Positions 9,352 to 23,514 of a DNA stretch of 64,000 bases are shown piece by piece. The first letter of the stretch is position 1; every line of letters starts with the position of its first letter. Below the pieces are notes generated by a model. The model did not search any database, was not told the DNA's origin, and worked only from the letters and a program-made list of their open reading frames with translations. The translations under genes were made by a program, and so were the position numbers. The stretch comes from Acidobacteriota bacterium (lineage in GTDB: Bacteria > Acidobacteriota > UBA6911 > RPQK01 > JAJDTT01): NCBI GenBank assembly GCA_965209055.1, contig OZ242374.1, forward strand, positions 992,001-1,056,000. The letters run 5' to 3'.

Positions 9352-10503
9352 TCAGATTCTGGCCAGAGCCAGTTCGTTCGCCACGCGCCGGGACCTCCGG
9401 TCCGCTTCCAGTACGACTTCCAGGGAATCGGGTTCCTGTGGCCGGTGCCGGTCCAGCACTCCCTCGATCGTGGCGGGGATATCCCGAAAAGGAATTCGTT
9501 CCTCCAGAAATAGTCCGACGGCCACTTCGTTGGCGGCATTGAGGGCCGCGGGGTAGGTCCGTCCCTCTTGCAGAGCCGCTCCGGCCAAGCGCAGGCAGGG
9601 AAACTTGACGGGGTCCGGCGGATGGAACGCCAGCGGCGTCAACGCGAACAGGTCCAGGGACGGGACCGGCAGGCTGCAGCGGTCCGGGTAGCTCAGGGCG
9701 TAGCCGATGGGAAGACGCATGTCGGTGATTCCCAGTTGGGCCATGATGGCCCCGTCCACGAACTCCACCATGGAGTGAATCATCGATTGGGGATGGATCA
9801 CGATTTCCACCTGCCCCGGCGGCAGGCCGAAAAGATGGTGCGCTTCGATCACCTCCAGACCCTTGTTCATGAGCGTGGCCGAGTCCACGGTGATCTTGGG
9901 TCCCATCTTCCAGGTCGGATGGTTCAAGGCCTCCTGTACCGTCACGTCGCTCAGCTCCCGGAGCGACTTGCCAAAGAAGGGGCCGCCGGAAGCGGTGAGC
10001 AGAATTCGCTTGACCTGGGCTTTCCGCTCCCCATTGAGACATTGGTGAATGGCGCTGTGCTCGCTGTCGACGGGCAGCAGGCGGACCCTTGCGTCCCGGA
10101 CCTCCCGCATCACCAACTCCCCCGCCATCACCAACGTCTCTTTGTTGGCCAGAGCCACGTCCCGGCCCGCCAGGATGGCGGCCAAGGTGGGAATCAGACC
10201 CGCGGCACCGGTAATGGCTGCCACCACTATTCCCGCTTCCACTTCGGCGGCCAGTTTCGACACCCCTTCCTGCCCCTCCCAAACCGGCGTCCCCGGAAGT
10301 CGCTGCCGGAGCCACGCCGCCTGCTCACGATCATGAAGGGCGACGGCGAGCGGAGAATATTTCCGGGCCTGTTCCAGGAGTCGAGCGGCATTTCTTCGCG
10401 CCGCCAACCCCACGATCCGGAACTGATCCGGGTTCAGATCGACCAGACTCAGCGTGCTGCGTCCAACGGAACCCGTAGAGCCCAGAATCGAAATTTTCTT
10501 CAT
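9352..10503 (-). CDS. dxr: 1-deoxy-D-xylulose-5-phosphate reductoisomerase
   Basis: LGSTGSVG, LANKE, PVDSEH, HPTWKMG and NKGLE motifs. Confidence 0.97.
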   Translation of the reverse strand: MKKISILGSTGSVGRSTLSLVDLNPDQFRIVGLAARRNAARLLEQARKYSPLAVALHDREQAAWLRQRLPGTPVWEGQEGVSKLAAEVEAGIVVAAITGAAGLIPTLAAILAGRDVALANKETLVMAGELVMREVRDARVRLLPVDSEHSAIHQCLNGERKAQVKRILLTASGGPFFGKSLRELSDVTVQEALNHPTWKMGPKITVDSATLMNKGLEVIEAHHLFGLPPGQVEIVIHPQSMIHSMVEFVDGAIMAQLGITDMRLPIGYALSYPDRCSLPVPSLDLFALTPLAFHPPDPVKFPCLRLAGAALQEGRTYPAALNAANEVAVGLFLEERIPFRDIPATIEGVLDRHRPQEPDSLEVVLEADRRSRRVANELALARI

Positions 10504-10546
10504 CTTCTTCCGGGATTCGTCAGGCGATCGAGCGAGCGCGGCGCTG

Positions 10547-10586
10547 AACAGCCCGTGGTAAAAGTCGTCACGGCATTCGACAGTCC
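10547..10586. repeat. Partial copy (left end) of the MITE-like element
   Basis: 38/40 identical to 5736-5775. Confidence 0.75.
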
Positions 10587-10649
10587 AGGGCTAAAATCGA
10601 TGCGGCCTTTCAGGCGCGAAGAAACGCGCCAAATAGCCGTCTCAGCGCA

Positions 10650-11429
10650 TCATCCTAGCAGAAAAGACAGGCAATGATAGACGGGGAAAGCGAAGAGCAG
10701 ACTGTCGATCCGGTCCAGAATTCCCCCGTGTCCGGGAATCAGGGAACCGCTGTCCTTGGCGCCGACGGCACGCTTGAGGAGCGACTCGAAGAGATCCCCC
10801 AGGATGGCTCCCAACCCCACCACGACGCCTACCAGCAACAACAATCCCCAATCGGAACGGCCGAGCAGGCCATACCCCAACAATACGGCCAGCGCCGGCG
10901 CGGCGGCGAGACCGGCGGCGAATCCCTCCAGGGACTTCGCCGGGCTCAACCGGGGAATGATGCGGCGGCGTCCCCAGCGCGACCCGACCAGATAAGCTGC
11001 GATGTCGCATGACCAGACGATGGCCAGAATCATGAGCAGCTCGTCGGATCTGCCCCGGTACCCGGCCAGCAACGACACGGGCAGCCCCAGATACAAGAGC
11101 GCCATGAGGCTGGCCGAAGCCGAAGCCAGGGCGTCCCGGTGGTTGGAGAACCGGTAGAGATTGGCGGTGAACAGGAAGAGGCAGGCTCCCAGCAGGTAGG
11201 CCACGACCGCGTTCCCTCCCTGATTCCACACCCAGGGAAGAATCAGGCACGCGGCGATCGCAGGAAGGGGCTTCCTGGCTCCCAAGGGCGCCAGGAGCCG
11301 AAACAGCTCCAGGACTGCGATCAGGAGGATCAGATCCAGGAAGACCAGGAACACCGGGGCGGGCGCCAACACGATAATCAAGAGGACCAGCGGCGCCAGT
11401 ACGGCGACGCTCAGGGTGCGGAGGATCAT
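10650..11429 (-). CDS. cdsA: Phosphatidate cytidylyltransferase
   Basis: SPAKSLEG and GDLFESLLKR..KDSG..PGHGGILDRIDS motifs. Confidence 0.95.
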   Translation of the reverse strand: MILRTLSVAVLAPLVLLIIVLAPAPVFLVFLDLILLIAVLELFRLLAPLGARKPLPAIAACLILPWVWNQGGNAVVAYLLGACLFLFTANLYRFSNHRDALASASASLMALLYLGLPVSLLAGYRGRSDELLMILAIVWSCDIAAYLVGSRWGRRRIIPRLSPAKSLEGFAAGLAAAPALAVLLGYGLLGRSDWGLLLLVGVVVGLGAILGDLFESLLKRAVGAKDSGSLIPGHGGILDRIDSLLFAFPVYHCLSFLLG

Positions 11430-12217
11430 CTGGCGCCTTGCAGGGAACGGGATCGGATTCCCCCGTAACGCCGCTCCCGCTTCTGGTAGGCCAGGATCGA
11501 CTCCAGCAGGTGTTGGGACCGGAAGTCCGGCCAGAACACGTCGGTGACGTAGATCTCGGAGTACGCGATCTGCCAGAGCAGAAAGTTGCTGATTCGCATC
11601 TCTCCGCTGGTGCGGATCAAGAGATCAGGATCGGGAAGGTCTCCCGTATAGAGACTCCGCTGCACCTCCAATTCACTCACCCGCCGGGTTCTCCCCTGCA
11701 GGAGCAACGAGTTGAAGGCGTCCACCAGTTCGGCCCGGCCGCTGTAATTCAGCGCCAGGACCATTTTCATCCCCCGGTTGAATCGGGACTCCTCCTCGAC
11801 GTGCCGCAACTCCCTCCGGACCGAGCGGGGAAGCTCGTGGATCCGTCCAATGGCGTGGAAACGAATGTCGTTTTCCTGGATTTCCGGCAACTCCTTCCGC
11901 AGATATTCCTTGAGCAGCTCCATCAAGGTATTGACCTCGCTCATGGGCCGCTTCCAGTTCTCCACCGAGAAGGCGTAGAGGGTCAGCACCGGGATGTTGA
12001 GCCGGACGCTGGTCTCGACCGTAGCCCGAACCGCCTTGATCCCGGCGGTGTGGCCCTTGACCCGGGGCAGTCCCCGCTGCCGGGCCCAGCGGCCGTTACC
12101 ATCCATGATGATGGCCACATGGCGGGGCAACTTGCGTGGATCGAGTTGCGCCAGCAGCCGCGCTTCCAGGCTTCCAGGCTCGACGATGCCGGTGAAGTTC
12201 TCAAAGGGGGGAGTCAT
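11426..12217 (-). CDS. uppS: Undecaprenyl diphosphate synthase
   Basis: HVAIIMDGNGRWA, FSVENWKRP and RTSGEMRISNFLLWQ motifs. Confidence 0.97.
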   Translation of the reverse strand: MTPPFENFTGIVEPGSLEARLLAQLDPRKLPRHVAIIMDGNGRWARQRGLPRVKGHTAGIKAVRATVETSVRLNIPVLTLYAFSVENWKRPMSEVNTLMELLKEYLRKELPEIQENDIRFHAIGRIHELPRSVRRELRHVEEESRFNRGMKMVLALNYSGRAELVDAFNSLLLQGRTRRVSELEVQRSLYTGDLPDPDLLIRTSGEMRISNFLLWQIAYSEIYVTDVFWPDFRSQHLLESILAYQKRERRYGGIRSRSLQGAR

Positions 12218-12283
12218 TGCGGTGGGCTAAATCTACCACAATTCGGAGCGCTCCCGGATGGGACCGAGCGGTGACTGGAGCTT

Positions 12284-13072
12284 TCAATTCCGGTACCACA
12301 CCCGCGCCAGGAACAGGCCATGCGCGGGGGCGGTGGGCCCGGCCAGGCGCCGGTCCCGGGATTCCAGAATCGCGGTCATGTCCGTCGCCGGCCTTTGACC
12401 GTGTCCAATCTGGATCATGGTGCCCGCGAGGTTCCGGACCATGTGATGGAGAAAGCCGTCACCCTCGATTCGGTAGGAAAAGTGCCTTCCCTTCCGCCGC
12501 CAACGGGAAACGAAAACGGTTCGGACGCGGTTCTTCACCTGCGACGCCGAGGCCGTAAAGCCGGTGAAATCACGGGTGCCGACGATCAGTTCCGACGCCT
12601 GTTGCATCGCCTCCAGGGAGAGGGGGCGGTAGACCTGCAGCACCCTGCCCTCCAGAAACGGAGAGAGTATGGGGCCGTTGTAGAGACGATAGATGTAGCG
12701 TTTCCGCGTCGCGTCCTTCTGGGCATGAAAGGCGTCGGAAGCCACGCTCAACCGGAGCACCCGAATCCGGGAGGGGAGAACGCCGTTGAGAGATTTCAGC
12801 AGGCGGTCGGGCGTCCGTTGACGACGGAGCCTGAAGTGCGCCACCTGGCCCAGGGCATGCACCCCGGCATCGGTTCTCCCGGCGCCCACGACGGAGACGG
12901 TCTCGCCCGTGATCCGGGCCAGCGCGGCTTCGAGGGTTCCGCCGATGGTGGGACGATTCTTCTGGACCTGCCACCCGGAATAACCCTCGGAGCGATACTG
13001 GATCACACAACGATACTTGGTCAAAACCCGTTCGATCCCCCGGTTGCGGACTCTGGCCCACCGAGACGCCAT
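12284..13072 (-). CDS. truA: tRNA pseudouridine(38-40) synthase
   Basis: GWQ, GRTDAGVHA, FLHHMVR and TAPAHGL motifs. Confidence 0.95.
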   Translation of the reverse strand: MASRWARVRNRGIERVLTKYRCVIQYRSEGYSGWQVQKNRPTIGGTLEAALARITGETVSVVGAGRTDAGVHALGQVAHFRLRRQRTPDRLLKSLNGVLPSRIRVLRLSVASDAFHAQKDATRKRYIYRLYNGPILSPFLEGRVLQVYRPLSLEAMQQASELIVGTRDFTGFTASASQVKNRVRTVFVSRWRRKGRHFSYRIEGDGFLHHMVRNLAGTMIQIGHGQRPATDMTAILESRDRRLAGPTAPAHGLFLARVWYRN

Positions 13073-13110
13073 GTTACAATAGGCGCCAACAACGACCAGG
13101 AGATCCGCCC

Positions 13111-13863
13111 ATGTCAGGACATTCCAAGTGGCATTCCATTCGGCACAAGAAGGCCGTCGTGGATGCCAAGCGGGGCAAGATGTTCAGCAAGATGATCCGG
13201 GAAATCACCGTGGCGGCCCGTACGGGCGGCGGAGACCCGGACGCCAATCCGCGGCTGCGCACCGCCATTCAGACGGCCAAGGCGGCCAATATGCCCCACG
13301 ACAACATAGAACGAGCGGTCATGAAGGGGACGGGCGAACTCCCGGGCCAGAACTTCGACTCCGTGACCTACGAGGGCTACGGCCCCGGCGGCGTGGCGGT
13401 TCTGATCGAGACGCTGACCGACAACAGGAACCGGACCGTGGCCGAGATCCGGCACATCTTTTCCAAGAACGGCGGGAGCCTGGGAGAGACGGGCAGCGTT
13501 CTATGGATGTTCGAGAAGCGGGGATACTTCGGGGTGCCCAGCGACTCCGTCTCGGAAGAAACGCTGTTGGAGGTGGTGCTGGACGCCGGGGCCGACGATC
13601 TCCAGACCGAAGGCGACACGCTGGCCGTCTACACTCCGTTCGAGAACTTCGAGCAGGTGCGGCAGGAACTGGAAGCGTCCAACATCCCCACGGAGTCGAG
13701 TCAGATCACCATGCTTCCCCAGAATTCCCTCAGGATGGAAGGCAAGATGGCGGGAAAGATGTTGAAACTGATGGACGCCCTCGAGGACCACGACGACGTC
13801 CAGCATGTCTACGCCAACTTCGACATCGACGAACAGGAGATGGAGGCGCTTCTCCAGACCTGA
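13111..13863 (+). CDS. yebC: YebC/PmpR family protein
   Basis: MSGHSKW, YEGYGPGG, TDNRNRT and DDVQHVY motifs. Confidence 0.95.
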   Translation: MSGHSKWHSIRHKKAVVDAKRGKMFSKMIREITVAARTGGGDPDANPRLRTAIQTAKAANMPHDNIERAVMKGTGELPGQNFDSVTYEGYGPGGVAVLIETLTDNRNRTVAEIRHIFSKNGGSLGETGSVLWMFEKRGYFGVPSDSVSEETLLEVVLDAGADDLQTEGDTLAVYTPFENFEQVRQELEASNIPTESSQITMLPQNSLRMEGKMAGKMLKLMDALEDHDDVQHVYANFDIDEQEMEALLQT

Positions 13864-14399
13864 TGGGTCAACCCTCGCCCACCATCGTCATGGGCATCGA
13901 TCCGGGGAGCCGCATCACCGGCTACGGGGTCATCTCGATACTCGGGAATCACTGCCGTTGCGTCGACTACGGAGCGATCCGCTGTCATGACCGCAGGCTG
14001 AAGACTCCTTTCGAGCAGCGGCTCAAGACCATCTACCACGAACTTGGGAGCGTACTCCGCCGTCACGCTCCAGCCGTGGTGGCCGTGGAATCGGTCTTTC
14101 ACGCAGTCAATGCCCGCAGCGCTCTCCAGTTGGGACACGCCCGCGGGGTGGTCCTGCTGGCCGCCGCGGAACTGGAGATTCCGCTGTTCGAATACTCTCC
14201 GCGGGAGGTCAAGAAATCGATCTCGGTCACCGGACGGGCGACCAAGGAGGAGGTTCAGACCATGGTCCGGATCCTGCTCAAGCTCAAGGAACGACCCCGG
14301 CCCAACGACGCAGCCGACGCCCTGGCCGTCGCCCTCTGCCATGCCTTCAAGGGAGTATCTTCCCAACGGCTGCAGCAGCAGGCAAGACTTGCCCGCTGA
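13863..14399 (+). CDS. ruvC: Holliday junction resolvase
   Basis: GIDPG..TGYG, VESVF and DAADALAVA. ATG overlaps the yebC stop. Confidence 0.93.
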   Translation: MGQPSPTIVMGIDPGSRITGYGVISILGNHCRCVDYGAIRCHDRRLKTPFEQRLKTIYHELGSVLRRHAPAVVAVESVFHAVNARSALQLGHARGVVLLAAAELEIPLFEYSPREVKKSISVTGRATKEEVQTMVRILLKLKERPRPNDAADALAVALCHAFKGVSSQRLQQQARLAR

Positions 14400-14419
14400 C
14401 CCCTCGTTCCGGGAGACCC

Positions 14420-15040
14420 TCACTCCTGTTTCGCGCCGGAATCGGACTCTCCGCCGGGTGGGGCGTCGACCAGGCGGCCGACTCGGGCTCTTGCAGGACG
14501 CAGGAGCCGGTCCCCGTACCGATAGCCCCTCTGAACCACCTCGACGACCCGTTGATCCAGTTCGGGGTCGGTGACCGGAATGAGCCCTACGGCTTCCGTC
14601 AGATGGGGATCGAAGGGCTGGTTCAACACCTCGATGGGCTCGATCCCCGCCTCCCTGAGCCGATCCAGGAAGAGCCGGAGATTCAACTCCACGCCCTTTC
14701 GGAGCTCTTGCAGGTCGGAACCGCTCTCCGCCGCCTCCAACGCCCGCTCCAGGTTGTCCACCACCTCCAGGAACTGGCTGAGGAGGTCCATTTTGAACCG
14801 GTCCAGGCGCTGTTCCAGGGTCCGTTCAAGACGTTGGCGTAGCGCGTCGTTGTCGGACTCGAGCTGCTCGAGCCTCTGCTTCAGCTTCCGTTCGGCCAAC
14901 TCGGTCCGGGCCTTCAATTCCTCCACGTAAGTGGGATACCGCGTCTCCGGGACCTGCGACCGGTCGATGACCGACTCATCTTCGAGCCAGCTTCGCCGGT
15001 CAGTGACCTGAAACCTTCCTTCACTGTCCTGCTCGGCCAT
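14420..15040 (-). CDS. grpE: Nucleotide exchange factor GrpE
   Basis: VVDNLERAL, FDPHLTEAV and QRGY..LLRPA motifs. Confidence 0.93.
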   Translation of the reverse strand: MAEQDSEGRFQVTDRRSWLEDESVIDRSQVPETRYPTYVEELKARTELAERKLKQRLEQLESDNDALRQRLERTLEQRLDRFKMDLLSQFLEVVDNLERALEAAESGSDLQELRKGVELNLRLFLDRLREAGIEPIEVLNQPFDPHLTEAVGLIPVTDPELDQRVVEVVQRGYRYGDRLLRPARARVGRLVDAPPGGESDSGAKQE

Positions 15041-15189
15041 ATCGGGGCTCGCTCCAACGTCGTGTAGAACAGGCGCAGTCTACTACGGCGGGCAGGTGCG
15101 AGTAACCGGGGACCGGCCGTAGACCTCATCCGTGGGGCCGTCATCCGGCGGCACCTTGAAACGGAATATCCGCGAAGGTCCGCGCTTCC

Positions 15190-15218
15190 TTGCGGTGGTC
15201 GAGGGCCGATCCTATAAG
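15190..15218 (+). promoter_or_regulatory. Putative sigma70-type promoter of clpB
   Basis: TTGCGG-17bp-TATAAG, 31 bp before the ATG. Confidence 0.45.
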
Positions 15219-15249
15219 GAGGGGAGACCGGACGGTGGAGGATCGGAAC

Positions 15250-17889
<2,640 letters not shown>

Positions 17890-17922
17890 CCGGGGACCTG
17901 GGCGTGTCGAGCGCCCCAGGAC

Positions 17923-19467
17923 CTACTGCGGGATGCGAAGCGTCTGGCCCGGGTGGATACGATCACGGTGCCGGATGTTGTTGGCCCTCTGGATTTGGCT
18001 GGGCGAAACCCCGAATCGCTTGGCAATGCGCCAAAGGTTGTCTCCTCGCCGGACCCGGTAGACCTCCGGGCTGCCCGATCTGGCGGCGTTGCCGCGTTGC
18101 GCCCTGGAAGGGGTCGGGCTCTGGGCCTCGGCGACGGTGCGGCTCTTCTTTTTGGACTTCGACACCGTAAGAACCTCTCCGGCGTAGATCCGCGTGCCCC
18201 GAATGCTGTTGTTCCGTCTGAGAGTGGCCACCGACGTCCCGAACCGCCGGGCGATCCCGCTCAACGTATCTCCATGCCGGACGCGATACTCACCTGGTCC
18301 GACCTCCCTCCGCTGCGCGAGTTGCACCCGGGGAGCCGACCTGAGAGCGGCCGTTACCTGCTCGCGCTTGCCGGGCGGGAAATAGAGGCTCACTCCCGCC
18401 GGTAGGACTCCCGTCCTCCTCCACACCCTGCTCCGAATATGGGGGTTGAGCCGCCGAAGCGTATTCATCTCGACCCCGGAGTGCGTCACCAGATCACCGA
18501 CCCGCCGGTTCGCCTGGAGCCGAACGGAAGCAAAGGTCCTCGGTTCGTCCAATTGAATGGGGCCGAAGTACTTTTCCGGGTTTCGGCCGATCTCGATGGC
18601 GGCCAGGAACTCGGCATAGAAATTCTGTCCGGCGAAGCCGTAGGTCCGGGAACGATAGCGTTTAATGATGACTCGCAGGTCCGGGCCATGGCGCCGCTTG
18701 GCCCTCGCCATGCCATTGGCCCCCTGGTTGTAGGCGGTCACCGCCAAAGGCCAGTTCCCCAGTCTCCGATAGTTGGCCCTGAGCAGGCGGGCGGCCGCTT
18801 CGGTGGCCCGAATCGGATGGAGCCGCTCGTCCACCGAGCGATTGATCTTCATGTACAGGCGGCCCGTCGACCGCATGAACTGCCAGACGCCCGCCGCTCC
18901 GGCATGGGAATAGGCCCGGTCGTTGAAGCTGGACTCCACGTGGGGAAGATAGGCCAGCTCTTCCGGCATCCCCTCGCTGCGAAAGATCTCCTTCATCCGC
19001 TTCAGATACCGGCCGGAGCGAATCACACCCGCACGGAACCTTTCCCGGATTCCCCGTTGATGGCGGACGTTTCCGGAAAGACGCTTCAAGGTCTTGGAGG
19101 AGAGAGAGTAGCCGGCGCTTCGAACGACTTCCGCGATCTCGCGGTGCTTGCCGCTCCATCCACTCGGCTCTCGCCGGGCCAGATCCAGAAGGAGCCGCCG
19201 CACGTCCGCCCTGGCATTCCGCAACTTCTGCCGGCGCCGGCGTGTCGCTGTCCTCCCCGTCTGCCGGTCTCCGGTTCGGACCACCCGGTAGACCAGCCTC
19301 AAATCGTGCTTGTCGTGAATCTGGTACTCCCCCTCTCCGTACCGGGTGAAAACGTCGGTCCAGAACTTCATTCGATCCCGGTACCCCTCGGTGGAGAAGA
19401 GCTCCGTCGACTGGGCGGAGACCGGTTGGGAAACGGCAATCAGAAGGAAGATCAGCAGAACAGGCAT
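17923..19467 (-). CDS. Lytic transglycosylase (MltD-like) with two LysM domains
   Basis: Signal peptide; HVESSF..AAGVWQFM..AYNQG SLT motifs; YRVRHGDTL and YRVRRGDNL LysM repeats. Confidence 0.9.
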   Translation of the reverse strand: MPVLLIFLLIAVSQPVSAQSTELFSTEGYRDRMKFWTDVFTRYGEGEYQIHDKHDLRLVYRVVRTGDRQTGRTATRRRRQKLRNARADVRRLLLDLARREPSGWSGKHREIAEVVRSAGYSLSSKTLKRLSGNVRHQRGIRERFRAGVIRSGRYLKRMKEIFRSEGMPEELAYLPHVESSFNDRAYSHAGAAGVWQFMRSTGRLYMKINRSVDERLHPIRATEAAARLLRANYRRLGNWPLAVTAYNQGANGMARAKRRHGPDLRVIIKRYRSRTYGFAGQNFYAEFLAAIEIGRNPEKYFGPIQLDEPRTFASVRLQANRRVGDLVTHSGVEMNTLRRLNPHIRSRVWRRTGVLPAGVSLYFPPGKREQVTAALRSAPRVQLAQRREVGPGEYRVRHGDTLSGIARRFGTSVATLRRNNSIRGTRIYAGEVLTVSKSKKKSRTVAEAQSPTPSRAQRGNAARSGSPEVYRVRRGDNLWRIAKRFGVSPSQIQRANNIRHRDRIHPGQTLRIPQ

Positions 19468-19576
19468 GAGTGGACAGTCCCTCTCCGGTGATCAAGGCCA
19501 ACGCCAGCCCGCGCCAACAGCGGGGCGCAAAGAGAATAATCCAGAACCCTGTCCAATTTTGGCGTCCGGTCTCCGC

Positions 19577-20113
19577 TCACCTACGCGCTTCATCGAGGTT
19601 ACGATGAACCGTTTCGAGGCGATCGCGGATCAACCGGCAGATCTGCTCCGGGGATCTCCCCGAGACTCCGACCTTCAGATCGGCCAGATCGTAGTCCGGC
19701 CGCCGCTTGCGGTACAGGGCTTCGAACTGCTGCCGATCCCGAGCCAGCGGACGGTTGTCCATCTGAGTGGAGCGCCGCCAGGCGAGTTCCAGCGGTATCC
19801 GGAGGGTCACGGCGATCCCGGACTTGAAGATGAGGTCGCGGTTCGGCGCTTGGGAAAAGGCGCCTCCGCCCAGGGCCACCACCGCCGGCTCCCGGTCCCG
19901 GACCTCCGCCAGCATTCCGGTTTCCAACTTCCGGAAATGAGCTTCGCCCCGAAGATCGAAGATCCGGGGGATGTCCATCTTCGCGGCGTCCACGATGAGA
20001 TCATCCAGATCCACGAAGGACCGGCCCAGATGTCCTGCGAGAACCGGCCCCACGGTCGATTTGCCGCTGCCCATGAATCCCACCAGATAAAGGTGTCCCT
20101 TCAACGGCGGCAA
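19577..20113 (-). CDS. aroK: Shikimate kinase
   Basis: GFMGSGKS, DLD, GEAHFR, GGG and RPL motifs. Confidence 0.93.
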   Translation of the reverse strand: MPPLKGHLYLVGFMGSGKSTVGPVLAGHLGRSFVDLDDLIVDAAKMDIPRIFDLRGEAHFRKLETGMLAEVRDREPAVVALGGGAFSQAPNRDLIFKSGIAVTLRIPLELAWRRSTQMDNRPLARDRQQFEALYRKRRPDYDLADLKVGVSGRSPEQICRLIRDRLETVHRNLDEARR

Positions 20114-21402
20114 ATCCCCTCCAAGTGTTGGAAGAAATCAGGATAGGACACGGCCACGCAATCCGGATCGTCCACTTCCACCGGATTCTCCGCCACCAGG
20201 CCCGCCAGGGCGAAGGCCATGGCGATGCGATGATCGCCGAAGGTCCGCACCTGTCCGCCTCGGATGCGGCTGCCGGGAGGAATGACGAACCCGTCCGGGA
20301 GCTCGCGGACGTCCACGCCGAGTTCACGCAGATTGACCACGACGGAGTGGATTCGGTCCGACTCCTTGTGGCGCAGTTCCTGGGCGTCTCGAACCTGGAA
20401 ACCCCGTTCCAGGCTGGTCCCCAAAATGGCCAGCGCCGGAATCTCGTCGATGAGCCGGGCCACCCAGTCTCCCGAGATTTGGCTGGGAAACTGCCTTCGG
20501 ACCTCGGGATCCGCGTGAATCTGCAGATCGCAGACCGGCTCCCCGTTGCTTTCAGTAGCATCGGACCTCTCAACCCGGATGCCGGCCTCTTCCAGCAGCG
20601 AGAGGAATCCCGCCCGCGTGGGATTGACGCCGACTCCCCTCAAGGCGATCCGGCTGCCCGGAACCAGCAGGCCAGCCACCAGGAAGAACAACGCGGAAGA
20701 GAAATCCCCTGGAATCCGGAAGTCGACGCCGTGGAGACGGGCGCCTCCCCGCACCCGGAGGCGGGCTCCGGTCTGAATCAAAGGAGCGCCGAAGAAGGGC
20801 AGGGCCCGCTCGGTATGGTCCCGGGACGGCCCCGTCTCCTCCACCTCCGTTTCGCCCTCGGCCATCAGTCCGGCCAGCAGGACGCACGACTTCACCTGAG
20901 CACTGGCGATGGGCAACCGGTACCGGATCCCGGTCAGCCGGCCGCCCCGGATCAGCAGAGGCGGCAAACCCCCGTCCCGGGCCTCGATCCGGGCGCCCAT
21001 TCGGATCAGGGGTTCCATGATGCGCTGCATGGGGCGCTGATTGAGAGAAGAGTCTCCCTGGACCCGGGAGGAGAACCGGCCCGCCGCCAGCAGTGCCGAG
21101 AGCAGCCGGATGGTGGTCCCGCTGTTCTGAACGTCCAGGGTCCGGCGCGGCGCGGTGAAACGCCGCCATCCCGGGCTGTGGACCTCAACTCGGGAGGCGT
21201 TTCGAACCACCCCGGCGCCGAGCGCCTCGATACAGGAGAGAGTGGCCCGGCAGTCTTCGCTGGAGGCGAAGTTGCGGATCCGGGTGGTGCCATCGGCCAT
21301 TCCCCCCAGAAGGGCGTAGCGATGGGAAATGCTCTTGTCTCCCGGCACCCGGACCTCGCCCTCGAGGGGAGCCCGGACCGGATCGATTCGTCTCGGCGTC
21401 AT
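20101..21402 (-). CDS. aroA: EPSP synthase (class II)
   Basis: [29 protein letters not shown] and DHRIAM motifs. Confidence 0.96.
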   Translation of the reverse strand: MTPRRIDPVRAPLEGEVRVPGDKSISHRYALLGGMADGTTRIRNFASSEDCRATLSCIEALGAGVVRNASRVEVHSPGWRRFTAPRRTLDVQNSGTTIRLLSALLAAGRFSSRVQGDSSLNQRPMQRIMEPLIRMGARIEARDGGLPPLLIRGGRLTGIRYRLPIASAQVKSCVLLAGLMAEGETEVEETGPSRDHTERALPFFGAPLIQTGARLRVRGGARLHGVDFRIPGDFSSALFFLVAGLLVPGSRIALRGVGVNPTRAGFLSLLEEAGIRVERSDATESNGEPVCDLQIHADPEVRRQFPSQISGDWVARLIDEIPALAILGTSLERGFQVRDAQELRHKESDRIHSVVVNLRELGVDVRELPDGFVIPPGSRIRGGQVRTFGDHRIAMAFALAGLVAENPVEVDDPDCVAVSYPDFFQHLEGICRR

Positions 21403-23495
21403 CCGGCACCCTGCCCCTGGGCCATGGCCTCCGGGCCGCCCGCCAGTTGGAGGTGAGTCTCACGCAACAGCTTGATCCGGTCCCGCAACTGGGCCGCTTT
21501 CTCGAACTCGAACTTCTGGGCCGCCTGCTTCATGTCGTCGCTCAGCTTGAGTATCTCCTGCTCGATCTCCTGGGGGGAACCGTACCGGTCCACCTCCTCG
21601 GCCACCAGCGGGATTTCATAGTAGTCCAGTTGGGTCATCTCCAGCAGCGTCGCGTCCACCGGCTTGACGATGCTCTCCGGAGTGATCCCGTTCTCGTCGT
21701 TGTAGTCGCGCTGCAGATCCCGGCGCCTCCCCGTCTCTTCAATGGCATGGCTCATGGACCGGGTGACGACGTCGGCGTACATGATGACCTTCCCGTTGAC
21801 GTTTCGAGCCGCCCGCCCCGAAGTCTGGATAAGAGACGTGCCACTGCGCAGAAACCCTTCCTTGTCGGCGTCCAGCACCGCCACCAGCGAGACCTCGGGC
21901 AGGTCCAGGCCCTCGCGCAACAGGTTCACTCCCACCAGGACGTCGAACCGGCCCAGGCGCAGATCCCGCAGCAGCTTGACCCGGTCCAACGTATCCACTT
22001 CCGAATGAAGGTAACGGACCATGACTCCGATCTCGGTGTAGTACTCGGTCAACTCCTCGGCCATCCGCTTGGTCAAGGTGGTGACCAGGACCCGCTCCCC
22101 GCGGTCGGCCCGGCTCCGAATCTCTTCCAGCAGGTCGTCGATCTGGTTGCGGACCGGACGCACTTCGATTTCCGGATCCATGAGGCCGGTGGGGCGAATG
22201 ATCTGCTCCACCACCTCCCCTCCGCACTCCTGCAGCTCGAAATCGGCCGGCGTGGCCGAAACGTAGAGGGTCGGAGGACGGCGGAGCTCGAACTCGGCAA
22301 AGTTCAAAGGCCGGTTGTCGAGAGCCGAGGGGAGGCGGAACCCGTACTTCACCAGGTTCAACTTTCGGGACCGGTCTCCCTCGTACATGCCCCGGACCTG
22401 GGGGACGGTCACGTGGCTCTCGTCGATGAAGATGAGCGATTCCTTCGGCAGGTAGTCCATGAGCGTGGGCGGAGCCTGTCCCGGCAGGCGGCCGGTGAGA
22501 TGCCGGGAATAGTTCTCGATCCCCCGGCAGTAGCCGACGGTCCGCATCATCTCCAGGTCGAAGAGGGTCCGCTGCCGGACCCTCTCGGCTTCCATCAGCC
22601 GGCCTTCCTCCTCGAGCCGGCCGTGGTGCTCCGCCAGCTCATCCCGGATGCTCTCCATGGCGCGTTCCCGCTGCTCCTCGGGCATCACGTAGTGGGACCG
22701 GGGATAGATGGGAATCCGGGGATGGCGTTTCTGCGTCTGTCCGGTCAAGGGATCGAACTGGAAGATTCCATCCACCTCGTCGCCGAACAGCTCGATCCGG
22801 ATGCCGTAGTCCCCGTAGGAAGGGACCACCTCGACCATGTCCCCCCGGGCCCGGAAGGTCCCCCGGGCCAGATCCAGGTCGGTCCGCTCGTACTGGATGT
22901 CCACCAACCTGCGCAGGAGCGCCTGGCGGGAGATCCGCTGTCCCTCGCTCAGCATGAGCAGCATCCCGTAGTAGGCCTCGGGAGACCCCAGTCCGTAGAT
23001 GCAGCTCACGCTGCAGACGATGATGCAGTCCCGGCGCTCGAACAGGGAGCGGGTCGCCGAGTGCCGCAGCCGGTCGATCTCGTCGTTGATCAGCGCTTCC
23101 TTCTCGATGTAGGTGTCGGTGGAGGCGATGTAGGCTTCCGGCTGGTAATAGTCGTAGTAGCTGACGAAGTACTCCACCGCGTTCTCGGGGAAGAAGTTCC
23201 GGAACTCCTGGTAGAGCTGGGCGGCCAGCGTCTTGTTGTGACTCAGGACCAGAGTGGTCCGATTGACCCGCTCGATGACGCGGGCCATGGTGAAGGTCTT
23301 CCCCGACCCGGTGACTCCCAGCAGGACCTGGCTCCGCCGGCCTTCCCGGATGCCCCCGACCAACGCCTCGATGGCCCGGTCCTGATCCCGGCTGGGAGTG
23401 AACGGACTACTGAGCCGGAAGGGGGCGGAAGAGGGCGCCGCCTCCCCGTAGTTCACACCGGCATAGGAGATCCCCTGCGGATCGGCCATGAGCAC
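21399..23495 (-). CDS. uvrB: Excinuclease ABC subunit B
   Basis: [25 protein letters not shown] and GRAARN motifs; C-terminal UVR domain. Confidence 0.97.
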   Translation of the reverse strand: MLMADPQGISYAGVNYGEAAPSSAPFRLSSPFTPSRDQDRAIEALVGGIREGRRSQVLLGVTGSGKTFTMARVIERVNRTTLVLSHNKTLAAQLYQEFRNFFPENAVEYFVSYYDYYQPEAYIASTDTYIEKEALINDEIDRLRHSATRSLFERRDCIIVCSVSCIYGLGSPEAYYGMLLMLSEGQRISRQALLRRLVDIQYERTDLDLARGTFRARGDMVEVVPSYGDYGIRIELFGDEVDGIFQFDPLTGQTQKRHPRIPIYPRSHYVMPEEQRERAMESIRDELAEHHGRLEEEGRLMEAERVRQRTLFDLEMMRTVGYCRGIENYSRHLTGRLPGQAPPTLMDYLPKESLIFIDESHVTVPQVRGMYEGDRSRKLNLVKYGFRLPSALDNRPLNFAEFELRRPPTLYVSATPADFELQECGGEVVEQIIRPTGLMDPEIEVRPVRNQIDDLLEEIRSRADRGERVLVTTLTKRMAEELTEYYTEIGVMVRYLHSEVDTLDRVKLLRDLRLGRFDVLVGVNLLREGLDLPEVSLVAVLDADKEGFLRSGTSLIQTSGRAARNVNGKVIMYADVVTRSMSHAIEETGRRRDLQRDYNDENGITPESIVKPVDATLLEMTQLDYYEIPLVAEEVDRYGSPQEIEQEILKLSDDMKQAAQKFEFEKAAQLRDRIKLLRETHLQLAGGPEAMAQGQGAG

Positions 23496-23514
23496 GCATT
23501 ATAGAAAACCGGGG

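Noticed and set aside
13128-14399. 423-aa ORF suggesting an extended RuvC
   Set aside because: The upstream part is an off-frame overlap with yebC. RuvC starts at 13863.
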